Source: Candidatus Zixiibacteriota bacterium
Lineage (GTDB): Bacteria; RBG-13-66-14; B26-G2; WVWN01
Reading direction: 5' to 3'
Assembly: GCA_050117845.1 (NCBI GenBank)
Contig: JASFLY010000006.1
Span: 1-64,000, forward strand
Length of the DNA stretch: 64,000 nucleotides
Numbering within the stretch: position 1 is the first letter of the stretch; each line of letters opens with the position of its first letter. Under the pieces are notes generated by a model. The model ran no database searches and was not told where the DNA came from. It was given only the letters and a program-made list of their open reading frames with translations. Positions 1-10,943 of the stretch are shown in pieces. The translations under genes and the position numbers were made by a program.

Positions 1-114
1 ACGATGCAGGTTGAGCTTATAACGCCCATCGCGATGGAGAAGGAACTCCGCTTCGCCATCCGTGAGGGCGGCCGCACCGTCGGCGCCGGCGTCGTTACCG
101 ATATTCACGAATAG
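1..114 (+). CDS. tuf: Elongation factor Tu, C-terminal end (5' partial)
   Basis: Frame 1 reads [37 protein letters not shown], the EF-Tu C-terminal signature; directly precedes rpsJ. Confidence 0.98.
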   Translation, partial: TMQVELITPIAMEKELRFAIREGGRTVGAGVVTDIHE

Positions 115-136
115 AGATTAAACACCTATTTATTTA

Positions 137-445
137 ATGCCTAAGAAGAGAATAAAGATACGCCTGCGGGCTTTCGACCACCGCTTGCTCGACCGCTCCG
201 TCGAGGAAATTTGCGCGACTATCCAGCGGACGGGCGCCCGGGTTTGCGGGCCGGTCCCGCTGCCCACCGAGATCAACCGGTACACCGTTCTCCGCTCGCC
301 CCACGTCGACAAGAAATCGCGCGAGCAATTCGAGATGCGGACGCACAACCGGCTTATCGAAATAGAGGAGCACAGCGGCGACACGATAGACGCGCTGACC
401 AGAATGCAGCTCCCGGCGGGCGTTGAAGTCGAAATAAAGCTGTAG
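137..445 (+). CDS. rpsJ: 30S ribosomal protein S10
   Basis: [35 protein letters not shown]. Confidence 0.99.
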   Translation: MPKKRIKIRLRAFDHRLLDRSVEEICATIQRTGARVCGPVPLPTEINRYTVLRSPHVDKKSREQFEMRTHNRLIEIEEHSGDTIDALTRMQLPAGVEVEIKL

Positions 446-461
446 CGGGATTTAAATAGAT

Positions 462-1097
462 ATGACCCTCGGAATGCTGGGAAAAAAACTCGGTATGACG
501 ACGGCCTTCGACGAAGAAGGCCGCGCGGTGGCGGTCACCGTATTCGAACTGCCGCCCAACCGTCTAACGCAGGTCAAGACCGTGGACCGGGACGGCTACG
601 CCGCGGTCCAGCTGGGCCTGGCCGAGAAGAAGCGGCCCACCAAGGCACTGACGGGCCACGCCGTAAAAGCCGGGATCCCGGCGCCGGCGGTATTGCGCGA
701 GTTCCGCGTCGACGACGTCGAGGCCTACAACGCCGGCGACGTTATCGACCTCTCCATTTTCGAGGGCGTACCGGCGGTGGACGTCCGGGCCCGTTCCAAG
801 GGGCGGGGTTTCGCGGGCGTCATAAAGCGGCACGGCTTCCATCGCGGCCCCAAGACCCACGGCTCCAAGTCGTACCGTCGCCCCAAATCCATAGGCGCGT
901 CGGCGACGCCGTCCAAGGTGTACAAGGGCAAGCGGATGCCGGGGCACATGGGCCACCGCAAATTAATAGTATCGAACCTCAAGGTATTCCGCCTCGACGC
1001 CGAGAAATCGCTTTTAATAGTAAAGGGCGCCGCGCCGGGCCCCAACGGCGGCCTGGTGGAAGTTTATCCGGCGCGCAAAGCCCGTAAGAAGTCGTAA
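462..1097 (+). CDS. rplC: 50S ribosomal protein L3
   Basis: [31 protein letters not shown]; operon order. Confidence 0.99.
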   Translation: MTLGMLGKKLGMTTAFDEEGRAVAVTVFELPPNRLTQVKTVDRDGYAAVQLGLAEKKRPTKALTGHAVKAGIPAPAVLREFRVDDVEAYNAGDVIDLSIFEGVPAVDVRARSKGRGFAGVIKRHGFHRGPKTHGSKSYRRPKSIGASATPSKVYKGKRMPGHMGHRKLIVSNLKVFRLDAEKSLLIVKGAAPGPNGGLVEVYPARKARKKS

Positions 1098-1100
1098 GAT

Positions 1101-1724
1101 ATGAAAACGAAACTATTCGACCAGGTAGGACGGGAGACCGGCGAGATAGAACTCGCCGACGGCGTGTTCGGCGTGGAAGCGCGGCCCGACCTCGTCCATC
1201 TGTGCATCGTGGCCCAACTCGCCGCCCGTCGCGCCGGCACGGCCAGCACCAGGAGCCGGGGCGAAGTGCGCGGCGGCGGGAAGAAGCCCTATCGCCAAAA
1301 AGGCACCGGCCACGCCCGGCAGGGGACCATACGCGCAGGGCAATGGCGGGGCGGCGGCGTGATTTTCGGGCCGACCCCGCGCGATTACCGCAAGAGGATA
1401 CCGCGGCGCGTACGCCGGCTGGCTCTTAAGAGCGCCCTGTCGGATAAGGTGCGCAACGGCAAATTGCGCGTTATAGAGAAATTGGACTTCGTACAGTACC
1501 GTACCAAGGCCGTCGTCGAGATGTTGGCCGACCTGGACCTGCTCGACGCCAAGGTGCTGTTTATCCTGGACGAGAAAAACGAGAAATTCGCAAAATCGGC
1601 GGCCAACGTACCCATCGTTAACGTCCGGCACGCCGGAAACGCCAGCATTTACGAGATAATCGCCGCGGACGAAGTAGTGATTACCGAACCGGCGGTGCGG
1701 GCGTTGGAGGAAAAGTTCGCGTAA
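1101..1724 (+). CDS. rplD: 50S ribosomal protein L4
   Basis: [19 protein letters not shown]. Confidence 0.99.
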   Translation: MKTKLFDQVGRETGEIELADGVFGVEARPDLVHLCIVAQLAARRAGTASTRSRGEVRGGGKKPYRQKGTGHARQGTIRAGQWRGGGVIFGPTPRDYRKRIPRRVRRLALKSALSDKVRNGKLRVIEKLDFVQYRTKAVVEMLADLDLLDAKVLFILDEKNEKFAKSAANVPIVNVRHAGNASIYEIIAADEVVITEPAVRALEEKFA

Positions 1725-2008
1725 TGAAGGCCCCTCAGGACATAATAGTACAACCTATAATAAGCGAGAAGATGGAGTACCTGCAGGGCGTCCAGAGCAA
1801 GTACGCTTTTCGGGTGCACCCGGACGCGAACAAGATAGAAATAAAACAGGCCGTGGAGACCATCTACAAAGTTACCGTTACGGCCGTAAACGTAATGAAT
1901 CGCCAGGGTAAAAAACGCCGCGTACGTTACACGCAGGGGCGGCGGGCCGACTGGAAAAAAGCTATCGTCACGCTCAAAGAGGGCGACTCCATAGAGTACT
2001 TCGAATAG
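1724..2008 (+). CDS. rplW: 50S ribosomal protein L23
   Basis: PIISEK, ANKIEIKQAVE, WKKAIVTL. Confidence 0.98.
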   Translation: MKAPQDIIVQPIISEKMEYLQGVQSKYAFRVHPDANKIEIKQAVETIYKVTVTAVNVMNRQGKKRRVRYTQGRRADWKKAIVTLKEGDSIEYFE

Positions 2009-2020
2009 TAAGCGACTGTT

Positions 2021-2845
2021 ATGGCTATAAAGAAATATAAACCGACTTCTCCCGGCCGCCGCTTCATGAGTTCCCGCTCCTTCGAGGGGCTCAGCAAGAA
2101 GAAGCCGGAGAAGAGCCTCACCAAGGCCAAGAAGCAGCGGGCGGGCCGCGACCATGGCGGCCGTATCGCGGTGCGGCATCGCGGCGGCGGCAGTCGGCGG
2201 AAGATCCGCAACGTGGACGTAAAGAGGCTCAAGGACGGCGTACCCGGCCGGGTAGCGGCGCTGGAGTACGACCCGAACCGCTCCGCGGACCTCGCCCTCA
2301 TCGTTTACGCCGACGGCGACAAGCGCTACGTCATAGCCAACGACGGCATGAAGGTCGGCGACGCGGTGAACTCGGGGCCCAAGGCCGAGGCGCGTTCGGG
2401 CAACGCCCTGCCGCTTCGGAATATCCCCGCCGGTACCGTGATTTCCTGCGTGGAACTCAAACCCGGCAAGGGCGCGCAGATAGCCCGGGCCGCCGGCACC
2501 TATTGCACCCTCCTCGCCAAAGAGGGCGACACCGGCCACGTCCGGTTGCCGTCCGGCGAGGTGCGGCTCTTCTCGCTCGAGTGTCGGGCGACCGTCGGTG
2601 AAATCGGCGCCTCCGACCACGGCATAATGAAGATAGGCAAAGCGGGCCGCAAGCGCAACATGGGCATCCGGCCCACCGTCCGCGGCGTCGCGATGAACCC
2701 CAACGACCACCCGCACGGCGGCGGCGAGGGGAAATCGAAGGGTGGGAACCACCCGCAATCGCCCTGGGGCTGGTTGACCAAGGGCGCCCGTACCCGGAAG
2801 AAAAAGCATTCCGATAAATATATCGTAACCCGGCGTAAAAGGTAA
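2021..2845 (+). CDS. rplB: 50S ribosomal protein L2
   Basis: [26 protein letters not shown]. Confidence 0.99.
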   Translation: MAIKKYKPTSPGRRFMSSRSFEGLSKKKPEKSLTKAKKQRAGRDHGGRIAVRHRGGGSRRKIRNVDVKRLKDGVPGRVAALEYDPNRSADLALIVYADGDKRYVIANDGMKVGDAVNSGPKAEARSGNALPLRNIPAGTVISCVELKPGKGAQIARAAGTYCTLLAKEGDTGHVRLPSGEVRLFSLECRATVGEIGASDHGIMKIGKAGRKRNMGIRPTVRGVAMNPNDHPHGGGEGKSKGGNHPQSPWGWLTKGARTRKKKHSDKYIVTRRKR

Positions 2846-2870
2846 TCCGTAGGCCGGATGGGGTAAAGGT

Positions 2871-3155
2871 TTGGCACGTTCTACAAAAAAAGGACCGTAC
2901 GTCGATCTGAAGCTCCTTGCGAAGATTCGTCAGGTTGAAGCTTCCGGCGAGAAGGTCGTAATCAAGACGTGGGCCCGGCGCAGCACGATACCGCCGGAGT
3001 TCGTGGGCCACACCATCGCCGTCCACAACGGCCGGAAGTTCATCCCGGTTTACATAACCGAGGATATGGTCGGCCACAAACTGGGCGAGTTCGCCCCTTC
3101 GCGGACTTTCCGTTCGCACGGCGGCCCCACCGCCAAAGCGGCCAGGCTTAAGTAA
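2871..3155 (+). CDS. rpsS: 30S ribosomal protein S19 (TTG start)
   Basis: [23 protein letters not shown]. Confidence 0.99.
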   Translation: MARSTKKGPYVDLKLLAKIRQVEASGEKVVIKTWARRSTIPPEFVGHTIAVHNGRKFIPVYITEDMVGHKLGEFAPSRTFRSHGGPTAKAARLK

Positions 3156-3157
3156 TT

Positions 3158-3748
3158 ATGGAGTTTCGGGCACGTCAAAAATGGATAAGGCTCTCGCCCC
3201 AGAAGGCGAGGCTCGTGGCGAACGCCGTTCGGGGCATGGACGTCCAGGAAGCCATCGACGTTCTGAAGTTCATGCCGCAGAAGGCCGCCCTTCACATCAG
3301 TAAAGCCGTCCGGTCGGCTCTCGCCAACGCCCGCGAATACCAGGGCGACGAGAAACCCGACGTCGATAAGCTCTTCCTCAAGACCTTATATATCGACGAG
3401 GGGCCGACGCTCAAACGGATAAAGCCCCGGGCGTACGGCCGGGCGCACCGGATTTCCCGGCGCACGAGCCACGTCGTCGTCATCCTGGCCGAGCGGGCCG
3501 GGGACGACGCGACGCGGGCCGCCCGGGAATCGCGCCGCGCCTCCCGACAGGGCGGGCCGGCCGAAGGTTCGGCCGAGGCCGCGGACGGAAAACCCCGGAA
3601 ACCGAAGCGCGCCCGCTTCCTGCGCTTCGGCAAAAAGGAAGACAAGTTCGGGTCCCAGGTCAAGGCCGGAGGCGAGCGCAAGGGCAAGTCGGCCGGCGAA
3701 CACCGCAAAACCGAAAAGGGGACCAAGGGCGGCCGGAAGAAGAAGTAG
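3158..3748 (+). CDS. rplV: 50S ribosomal protein L22 with long basic C-terminal extension
   Basis: SPQKARLVA, DEGPTLKR, RAYGRA, RTSH; core ends near residue 112 of 196. Confidence 0.97.
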   Translation: MEFRARQKWIRLSPQKARLVANAVRGMDVQEAIDVLKFMPQKAALHISKAVRSALANAREYQGDEKPDVDKLFLKTLYIDEGPTLKRIKPRAYGRAHRISRRTSHVVVILAERAGDDATRAARESRRASRQGGPAEGSAEAADGKPRKPKRARFLRFGKKEDKFGSQVKAGGERKGKSAGEHRKTEKGTKGGRKKK

Positions 3749-3766
3749 CGCCGCGGAAAGCGTATT

Positions 3767-4507
3767 ATGGGACAGAAGACACATCCGATCGGCTTCAGGC
3801 TGGGTTACATTAAAACGTGGGATTCGCGTTGGTTCGCCAAGCGCGACTACGCCGCCAAGCTCCACGAGGACCTCGCCATACGCGGATACGTCAAGCGCAA
3901 TTTCGGAAACGCGGCCATCTCGCGCATTCAAATAGAACGCACCACCGACCGGGTCATCGTACACATCTGGACCGCCCGGCCGGGTATGATAATCGGAACC
4001 AAGGGCGCCCGCATCGCCCAACTCCGCGACGACCTCAAGAACCTGGTCGGCTCGGAACTGGACGTCGAAATCCGGGAAATAGAGAACGCGGAACTCGACG
4101 CCCAGCTCGTGGCCGAGAACGTCGCGGCTCAGCTAGAAAGGCGCATGGGTTTCCGGCGGGTCATGAAGAAAACCCTCTCGACCGTAATGAAACTCGGCGC
4201 CAAGGGCTGTAAGATACAGGTCAAAGGGCGCATAGGCGGCGCCGAAATGGGCCGCACGCAGAAGTACGCCGAAGGTCGGGTCCCGCTCCAGACGCTACGG
4301 GCGGACATCGACTACGGCCAGGCCGAGGCCAAGACCGTATACGGCGTCGTCGGCGTTAAAGTTTGGATCTTCCGCGACGAAGTGCTGCCGTCCGAAATAG
4401 CCGAGCGCGAGGCCATGAACGTCCAGACCCGCCGGCCTTCGAAGAAGAAAAAGCGCCGGCCTCGTAGAGGCGGCGGTGGAGGCGGCTCGCGCGACCGCAG
4501 GAATTAA
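3767..4507 (+). CDS. rpsC: 30S ribosomal protein S3
   Basis: MGQKTHPIGFRLG, GRVPLQTLRADIDY. Confidence 0.99.
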   Translation: MGQKTHPIGFRLGYIKTWDSRWFAKRDYAAKLHEDLAIRGYVKRNFGNAAISRIQIERTTDRVIVHIWTARPGMIIGTKGARIAQLRDDLKNLVGSELDVEIREIENAELDAQLVAENVAAQLERRMGFRRVMKKTLSTVMKLGAKGCKIQVKGRIGGAEMGRTQKYAEGRVPLQTLRADIDYGQAEAKTVYGVVGVKVWIFRDEVLPSEIAEREAMNVQTRRPSKKKKRRPRRGGGGGGSRDRRN

Positions 4508-4532
4508 CCGGTATTTTCCGGAGTGACGCTAT

Positions 4533-4943
4533 ATGTTAATGCCGAAACGTACAAAGTGGCGTAAGCAACAGCGGGGCCGTAGGCGCGGCCGGGCCACCCG
4601 CGGCAACAAACTGCAGTTCGGTTCCTTCGGCCTGCAGGCCCGGGAGGCGTGCTGGCTGACCGCCGCCCAGATAGAGTCGGCCCGTGTAGCGATTACCCGG
4701 CACGTCAAGCGCCAGGGCAAACTTTGGATCCGCGTCTTCCCGGACAAACCCGTTACCAAGAAGCCCCTGGAAACCCGTATGGGTAAGGGGAAAGGCGCGC
4801 CCGAGTTTTGGGTCGCCGTCGTCCGGCCCGGCCTGATGCTCTTCGAACTGGAGGGCGTACCGCCGGAGATAGCCCGGGAAGCCATGCGCCTGGCCAACCA
4901 CAAACTGCCGATTAAAACCAAGTACCTGGAGATAGAGGATTAG
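4533..4943 (+). CDS. rplP: 50S ribosomal protein L16
   Basis: [24 protein letters not shown]. Confidence 0.99.
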   Translation: MLMPKRTKWRKQQRGRRRGRATRGNKLQFGSFGLQAREACWLTAAQIESARVAITRHVKRQGKLWIRVFPDKPVTKKPLETRMGKGKGAPEFWVAVVRPGLMLFELEGVPPEIAREAMRLANHKLPIKTKYLEIED

Positions 4944-4945
4944 TC

Positions 4946-5182
4946 GTGCCGCTCAAAAAGGAAAAAGAAGAGCTCCTGCACAAGACGGTCGAGGAATTGG
5001 AGATCGCCCTTCGCGACACGAAGAAGGAAATCTTCAACATCCGCACGAACATCGCAACCCGGAAAGAAGAAGATAACAACCGGAGCAAGGTGCTTCGGCG
5101 CCGTATCGCCCGGATTATAACCGTAATGAACGAGAAGCGTCGCGAGGCCGCGGCCACGTCCGGCGGAGCCGGTGATAACTGA
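4946..5182 (+). CDS. rpmC: 50S ribosomal protein L29
   Basis: Position between rplP and rps[14 protein letters not shown]. Confidence 0.93.
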   Translation: MPLKKEKEELLHKTVEELEIALRDTKKEIFNIRTNIATRKEEDNNRSKVLRRRIARIITVMNEKRREAAATSGGAGDN

Positions 5183-5457
5183 TGACTTCGACCGTTAATA
5201 CTGCCCGGAGAGGACGCCGTAAGGCGATGCAAGGCCGCGTCGTTAGCGCCGCGAACGAGAAATCAATCATTGTCGAGGTCGAAACGCGGAAGCAACACCC
5301 GCTTTTCAAGAAAATGGTGAAGCGTTCGAAGCGTTTCATGGCCCACGACGAAGGAAACGAATGCCGCGTCGGCGATACGGTCCGTATAATGGAAACCAGG
5401 CCGTTGTCGAAAAATAAGCGGTGGCGCCTGATCGAAATAGTCGAGCGGGCGAAGTAA
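5182..5457 (+). CDS. rpsQ: 30S ribosomal protein S17
   Basis: [26 protein letters not shown]. Confidence 0.99.
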   Translation: MTSTVNTARRGRRKAMQGRVVSAANEKSIIVEVETRKQHPLFKKMVKRSKRFMAHDEGNECRVGDTVRIMETRPLSKNKRWRLIEIVERAK

Positions 5458-5471
5458 CCCAGCCGATTGAC

Positions 5472-5843
5472 GTGATTATACCTTATTCCAGACTAATCGT
5501 AGCCGACAATTCCGGAGCCAAGCAGGCGTCGTGTATTCGCGTCGTGGCCGGGTCGGGCATGAAGAAATTCGCCGAGGTGGGCGACACCATCGTCGCCACC
5601 GTCAAGGACGCCGCGCCTCGGGGTGCCGTGAAAAAAGGTCAGGTCGTTCGGGCCGTTATCGTGCGTACGCGCAATACGACCCGCCGGCCCGACGGCTCCT
5701 TTATCAAATTCGACGATAACGCGTGCGTGGTTATTAACGAGGGCGGCGAGCCGGCCGGGACCCGAATCTTCGGCCCGGTGGCCCGGGAGCTACGCGAAAA
5801 ACGCTTTATGAAGATAATTTCCCTCGCGCCCGAGGTGTTATAG
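5472..5843 (+). CDS. rplN: 50S ribosomal protein L14 (GTG at 5472 preferred over ORF-track start 5421)
   Basis: [38 protein letters not shown]. Confidence 0.98.
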   Translation: MIIPYSRLIVADNSGAKQASCIRVVAGSGMKKFAEVGDTIVATVKDAAPRGAVKKGQVVRAVIVRTRNTTRRPDGSFIKFDDNACVVINEGGEPAGTRIFGPVARELREKRFMKIISLAPEVL

Positions 5844-5846
5844 GCG

Positions 5847-6203
5847 ATGGCAGCCGCTAAATTCCACCGTGTAATAGACCGGCCTCGTATCCGCTTGCGG
5901 AAAGGCGATACCGTAAAGGTCATCGCCGGAAAGGACCTCGGCAAGACCGGCAAGGTCCTGCGGGTCATCCCCGAGAAGAATCGGCTGGTCGTCGAGGGCG
6001 TAAACTTCGTCAAAAAACACGCCCGTCGGACGCGCGAAGACCGTGCCGGCGGCATCCACGAAGTGGAGTCGACGATACACGCCTCCAACGTCATGCTGGT
6101 GTGCCCCAAGTGCCGGAAGACGACCCGCGTGGGGGCCAAGATCCTCGCCGACGGGTCCAAGGTTCGGGTTTGCCGCAAATGCGGCGAGGTAGTCGAGCAT
6201 TAG
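5847..6203 (+). CDS. rplX: 50S ribosomal protein L24
   Basis: KOW motif [24 protein letters not shown]. Confidence 0.98.
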   Translation: MAAAKFHRVIDRPRIRLRKGDTVKVIAGKDLGKTGKVLRVIPEKNRLVVEGVNFVKKHARRTREDRAGGIHEVESTIHASNVMLVCPKCRKTTRVGAKILADGSKVRVCRKCGEVVEH

Positions 6204-6220
6204 AACAGGTCTGAACTATC

Positions 6221-6781
6221 GTGATTAAACCGCGCTTAAAGAAGAAGTACGACGAAGAAATAGTACCGGCGCTCATGGCCGAATTGGGCTACGGCAACCG
6301 GAACCAGGTTCCGCGCCTTGTCAAGATATCGGTCAATTCGGGCCTCGGCCGCTACCACGACGACATTAAAATCTTCGACGCCGGCGTCGAGGAAATGGCG
6401 GCCGTGACGGGCCAGAAACCGGTCGTAAGCCGGGCGAAACGGTCGGTCGCGAACTTCAAGGTCCGCGCCGGCATGCCCTCCAGCGTCCGGGTAACGCTCC
6501 GGCGGGACCGGATGTACGAGTTCTTCGACCGCCTGGTGAGTTTCGCGCTGCCGCGCGTCCGCGACTTCCGGGGCCTGGACCCCGAGAGTTTCGACGGCCA
6601 CGGCAACTATACGCTAGGCATCACCGAGCAGATAATATTCCCGGAAATAGATTACGACAAGGTCGCCAAGATAACGGGCCTCAACATAACGATCGTAACG
6701 ACCGCCGCGACCGACGAGGAAGCACGGCAACTGCTTATCGCGTTGGGCATGCCCTTCGGCCGGCCGCGGGCCAAGAAGTAG
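6221..6781 (+). CDS. rplE: 50S ribosomal protein L5
   Basis: [31 protein letters not shown]. Confidence 0.99.
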   Translation: MIKPRLKKKYDEEIVPALMAELGYGNRNQVPRLVKISVNSGLGRYHDDIKIFDAGVEEMAAVTGQKPVVSRAKRSVANFKVRAGMPSSVRVTLRRDRMYEFFDRLVSFALPRVRDFRGLDPESFDGHGNYTLGITEQIIFPEIDYDKVAKITGLNITIVTTAATDEEARQLLIALGMPFGRPRAKK

Positions 6782-6790
6782 CAATCAGTT

Positions 6791-6976
6791 ATGGCGAAAA
6801 AAGGCTTAATCGCAAAGGCCAAGCGGGAGCCCAAATTCTCCGTCCGCGCTTACAATCGTTGTCCGATTTGCGGCCGGTCCCGGGCTTACTTACGCAAATT
6901 CGATATGTGCCGGATTTGCTTCCGTAAATTGGCGCTACAGGGCGAGATACCCGGCGTAACCAAGGCCAGCTGGTAG
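6791..6976 (+). CDS. rpsN: 30S ribosomal protein S14 type Z (zinc-binding)
   Basis: 61 aa, RCPICGR...[15 protein letters not shown]. Confidence 0.98.
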   Translation: MAKKGLIAKAKREPKFSVRAYNRCPICGRSRAYLRKFDMCRICFRKLALQGEIPGVTKASW

Positions 6977-7023
6977 TCCCGTCCAACCGGGCTGCACGGA
7001 AGTAGACCCGGAGGTTCAAAGAT

Positions 7024-7422
7024 ATGGTAATGACCGACCCGGTAGCCGATCTCCTAACGCGTATCCGTAACGCGATGCGCGCCGGCCACGAGAAGGCCGA
7101 CGCCCCTCATTCCAAGATTAAAGAGGAGATAGTGAAAATCCTCAAGGACGAGGGGTTCATCACCAATTACCGGGTAATCGAGGATAAACCGGCCGCGATT
7201 CTTCGCGTGTATATGAAATACGGCCCGGATAAAACGAGCGTATTGCGCCGCATCGAGCGGATCTCGCGGCCCGGCCGCCGCGTTTACGCCGGCAAGGACG
7301 AAGTGCCCCGCGTCATCAGCGGAATGGGCGTGGCCGTAATTTCGACCTCGCAGGGTGTCCTGACCGACCGGGAATGCCGCCGGCGGGGCATCGGCGGCGA
7401 AGTGCTTCTGCGGGCCTGGTAG
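7024..7422 (+). CDS. rpsH: 30S ribosomal protein S8
   Basis: [27 protein letters not shown]. Confidence 0.99.
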   Translation: MVMTDPVADLLTRIRNAMRAGHEKADAPHSKIKEEIVKILKDEGFITNYRVIEDKPAAILRVYMKYGPDKTSVLRRIERISRPGRRVYAGKDEVPRVISGMGVAVISTSQGVLTDRECRRRGIGGEVLLRAW

Positions 7423-7435
7423 GGTAAATAATATT

Positions 7436-7987
7436 ATGTCTCGCGTAGGAAAAAAACCGATTCCCGTACCGGACAAGGTCGAGGTGAAGATAGACGGTTC
7501 GACCGTTCGGGTCAAGGGGCCGAAGGGCGAACTCGAGCGCACCCTCCACCCGGCCGTGACCGCGGAGTTAAGCGACGGCCAGGTCGTCGTACGGCCCGTG
7601 GACGAGAGCCGCCGGAGCCGGGAACTTTGGGGCCTCTCCCGTACACTCGTAGCCAATATGGTCGAGGGCGTATCGGGGGGCTTCAGCAAGGAACTCGAAA
7701 TAGTGGGCGTGGGCTACAAGGCCGAACTCCAGGGCCAGGCGGTAAAGTTGTCGCTGGGCTTTTCGGGCCCCGTTAATTTCGAGCTCCCCGAAGGCATCGA
7801 GGCCGAGGTCCCGCAGCAGCAAATCGTTATTATTAAAGGTATTGATAAAGAGCTGGTCGGCCAGATAGCCGCCGAAATTAGACGTCTGCGGCCGCCGGAA
7901 CCGTATAAAGGAAAAGGCATCAGGTACCGGGGCGAGCGTGTACGCCGTAAGGCGCGCAAGGGAGCCGTCGGCACCGGCGCCGCTTAG
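7436..7987 (+). CDS. rplF: 50S ribosomal protein L6
   Basis: MSRVGKKPI, RPPEPYKGKGIRY. Confidence 0.99.
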   Translation: MSRVGKKPIPVPDKVEVKIDGSTVRVKGPKGELERTLHPAVTAELSDGQVVVRPVDESRRSRELWGLSRTLVANMVEGVSGGFSKELEIVGVGYKAELQGQAVKLSLGFSGPVNFELPEGIEAEVPQQQIVIIKGIDKELVGQIAAEIRRLRPPEPYKGKGIRYRGERVRRKARKGAVGTGAA

Positions 7988-7999
7988 AGTAGTTGAGTT

Positions 8000-8365
8000 A
8001 TGGTGCATCCCGATAAAAAGGTACCGAAACGCGTACGCCGCCACGGCCGGATCCGAAAGAAGGTTACGGGTACCGCCGAAAGGCCGCGGGTATGCGTGTT
8101 CCGCAGTTTGCGGCATATATACGCACAGGTCGTCGACGATTACGCCGGCAAAACGCTCGCCGCCGTTTCCAGCCTCGACCCCGGCTTGCGGGGTAAAGTC
8201 GACGGCGGAAACGTCGCCGGGGCGGCCACGGTGGGCGAGGAACTCGCCAAGAAAGCGACCGCGGCCGGCATTACGGAGGTCGTTTTCGACCGCGGCGGTT
8301 ACCGTTACCACGGCCGGATAAAGGCCCTGGCCGACGGCGCGCGCAAGGGCGGCCTTAAATTCTAA
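8000..8365 (+). CDS. rplR: 50S ribosomal protein L18
   Basis: [25 protein letters not shown]. Confidence 0.99.
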   Translation: MVHPDKKVPKRVRRHGRIRKKVTGTAERPRVCVFRSLRHIYAQVVDDYAGKTLAAVSSLDPGLRGKVDGGNVAGAATVGEELAKKATAAGITEVVFDRGGYRYHGRIKALADGARKGGLKF

Positions 8366-8387
8366 CGTCAATCCAGTTCGGACTCCG

Positions 8388-9161
8388 ATGAATCGAAGAC
8401 GCGAAAGCGAAGAAGAGCAACTTTACCAGGACCGCGTGGTAACCATCAACCGGGTGGCCAAGGTCGTCAAGGGCGGCCGGCGTTTCGGATTCAACGCGCT
8501 GGTCGTAGTAGGCGACGGGGCCGGCCGGGTCGGCGTCGCGCTCGGGAAGGCCAACGAAGTGGCCGAGGCCGTGCGGAAGGGCGTCGAGTCGGCCCGCAAG
8601 AACCTCTTCGCGTTCCCCATAATGGAGGGGACGATACCCCACGAGGTCATGGTAAAGAAGGGCGCGGCGCGGGTGCTGCTTAAGCCCGCGGCTCCGGGAA
8701 CCGGCGTTATAGCCGGCGGCCCGATTCGGGCGATTATGGAACTCGCCGGCGTGCAGAACGTGCTGACGAAGTCGCTGGGCTCGAACAACCCGCACAACGT
8801 CCTCGGCGCGACCGTCGAGGCGCTGAAGTCGCTGACGTCGCCGGACGAAGCGGCGGCGCGGCGGGGCGAGACCCCCCGGCCCAAGAAGAAGGCCGAGGCC
8901 GAAGCCGCCGACGAAGCGGCCGAGAGCGACGAAGCGAAAGTAACCCGCATCGCCAAGCGCGTCCGCGCGGAGAGGGCGAAGGCCGCGGCCGACGGCAAAG
9001 AGGCCGCCGAGCCGAAGGCGGAGGCCGAAGAGAGTCCCGCCGAATCGAAGGAAGCGGAACCGAAAGCCGAAAATACGGAGCGCGCGCCTGAAGAGGCTCC
9101 GGCGGAAGTCGAAGCGCCGGCCGAAGAAGCGGGCGCGGCCGACGAAGGTAAAAGCGAATGA
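8388..9161 (+). CDS. rpsE: 30S ribosomal protein S5 with long Ala/Glu-rich C-terminal extension
   Basis: [31 protein letters not shown]; core ends near residue 161 of 257. Confidence 0.98.
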   Translation: MNRRRESEEEQLYQDRVVTINRVAKVVKGGRRFGFNALVVVGDGAGRVGVALGKANEVAEAVRKGVESARKNLFAFPIMEGTIPHEVMVKKGAARVLLKPAAPGTGVIAGGPIRAIMELAGVQNVLTKSLGSNNPHNVLGATVEALKSLTSPDEAAARRGETPRPKKKAEAEAADEAAESDEAKVTRIAKRVRAERAKAAADGKEAAEPKAEAEESPAESKEAEPKAENTERAPEEAPAEVEAPAEEAGAADEGKSE

Positions 9162-9610
9162 AGTTAGGCGAATTAAAACCTGCGGCCGGTTCGCGCAAGC
9201 GCCGGAAACGCGTGGGCCGGGGGCCCGGTTCGGGCAAGGGCAAGACGTCGGGCAAGGGCCACGGTGGCCAGAAGTCCCGTTCGGGGCCGGACATAAGGCC
9301 CGGTTTCGAGGGCGGCCAGATGCCGCTTCAGCGGCGTTTGCCCAAGCGGGGTTTCACGAATACTTATAATAAGCGTAAAGAAGCCACGGCCGTAGTTAAG
9401 GTCGGCGACCTGGGCCGGTTCGGCGAGGGGGCCGTAGTGGACCTCGAGTTCCTACGCGAAAAACGGGCCGTCAAGTCGAAGCGCGTGCGTTTCCTGAGAA
9501 TCGTAGCCGGGGGCGAACTCAAAACCGCCCTGACGGTGCGGGCCAACTATTTCACGCCCCGGGCAAAAGAGGCGATAGAAGCGGCCGGCGGTAAGGCCGA
9601 GGCGGTATAA
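9158..9610 (+). CDS. rplO: 50S ribosomal protein L15
   Basis: [36 protein letters not shown]. Confidence 0.99.
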   Translation: MKLGELKPAAGSRKRRKRVGRGPGSGKGKTSGKGHGGQKSRSGPDIRPGFEGGQMPLQRRLPKRGFTNTYNKRKEATAVVKVGDLGRFGEGAVVDLEFLREKRAVKSKRVRFLRIVAGGELKTALTVRANYFTPRAKEAIEAAGGKAEAV

Positions 9611-9611
9611 A

Positions 9612-10943
9612 TTGCTGGACGTCCTCAAAAGGTTCTTTGCTAACTTAAGAAATATTTTCAAGATCCCGGAGCTCCGTCGCCGGGTATTGATAACGCTGGG
9701 CCTTATTCTGGCTTACCGCATAGGCCGGCATATACCCGTACCCGGCGTCAACGCCGAAGCGTTGACCAGCTTCTTCGAGGCGCAAAAAGGGACGCTCTTC
9801 GGCCTTTTCGACCTGTTCTCCGGCGGTAACCTGACGCGGGCGACGATATTCGCGCTCGGGATAATGCCCTACATCTCGAGTTCGATTATCTTCCAGCTTC
9901 TCGTAACGGTCATCCCGTACCTCGAGAAGTTGTCGAAAGAGGGCGACGCCGGCCGGAAGAAGATAACCCAGTACACCCGCTACGGTACGGTCATACTCTC
10001 GATATTCCAGGGTTCGGCCATCAGTTTGTGGCTGGAGGGTTTGAACCCGGGCGGTATCCCGGTTGTCACCACGCCGGGTTGGGGCTTCCGCATAATGACG
10101 GTGCTTACGCTGACGGCGGGTACCGCGTTCATAATGTGGTTGGGGGAGAAGATTACCGAGTTCGGCATCGGCAACGGCATCTCGCTTATTATATTCGCGG
10201 GTATCGTGGCCGCGATGCCCGGCGGTACGATTCGGACCGTTAATAACCTGTTGCACGGCGAATTGGACATCGTTACGCTTATTATAATCCTCGCTGTCAT
10301 GGTGGCGGTCGTGATGGCCGTGGTGTACATGCAGCAAGCGCAACGACGAATACGCGTCCAATACGCCAAGCGTATTGTGGGCCGAAAAATATACGGGGGG
10401 CAGTCTACCCATATCCCGATACGGGTGAATACCGCCGGCGTTATTCCGGTCATTTTCGCGAGTTCGATTATTATGTTCCCGCAGACGATCCTGACTTTCG
10501 CCGGGGGCCGAGGCGGGATTATCGAGCAGATAGCCCAAATGCTATTACCGGGACAATGGTTGTACGTCGTTCTCGATGTCGTTTTAATCGTATTCTTTAC
10601 GTATTTCTATACCGCCGTCGTCCTGAATCCCCAGGATATGGCGGAGAACATGAAAAAATACGGCGGTTTTATTCCGGGTATCAGGCCCGGGAAGAATACC
10701 GCCCAATATATCGACCGGATCATTACGCGAGTAACGCTTGCGGGCGCGCTCTTTTTAGCTGCTATCGACGTTCTGCCGACGGTGCTTATTACCTTCATGA
10801 AAGTACCGTTTTACTTCGGCGGGACGGGCCTTTTGATCGTCGTGGGTGTGGCGCTCGACACCATGCGCCAAATCGAATCCCATCTCCTCATGCGGCACTA
10901 CGATGGTTTCGTTAAAAAGGGCCGTATCCGTGGACGAGTTTGA
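9612..10943 (+). CDS. secY: Preprotein translocase subunit SecY
   Basis: FALGIMPYISSSII, GIGNGISLIIF, FIPGIRPG, FGGTGLLIVVGV. Confidence 0.99.
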   Translation: MLDVLKRFFANLRNIFKIPELRRRVLITLGLILAYRIGRHIPVPGVNAEALTSFFEAQKGTLFGLFDLFSGGNLTRATIFALGIMPYISSSIIFQLLVTVIPYLEKLSKEGDAGRKKITQYTRYGTVILSIFQGSAISLWLEGLNPGGIPVVTTPGWGFRIMTVLTLTAGTAFIMWLGEKITEFGIGNGISLIIFAGIVAAMPGGTIRTVNNLLHGELDIVTLIIILAVMVAVVMAVVYMQQAQRRIRVQYAKRIVGRKIYGGQSTHIPIRVNTAGVIPVIFASSIIMFPQTILTFAGGRGGIIEQIAQMLLPGQWLYVVLDVVLIVFFTYFYTAVVLNPQDMAENMKKYGGFIPGIRPGKNTAQYIDRIITRVTLAGALFLAAIDVLPTVLITFMKVPFYFGGTGLLIVVGVALDTMRQIESHLLMRHYDGFVKKGRIRGRV

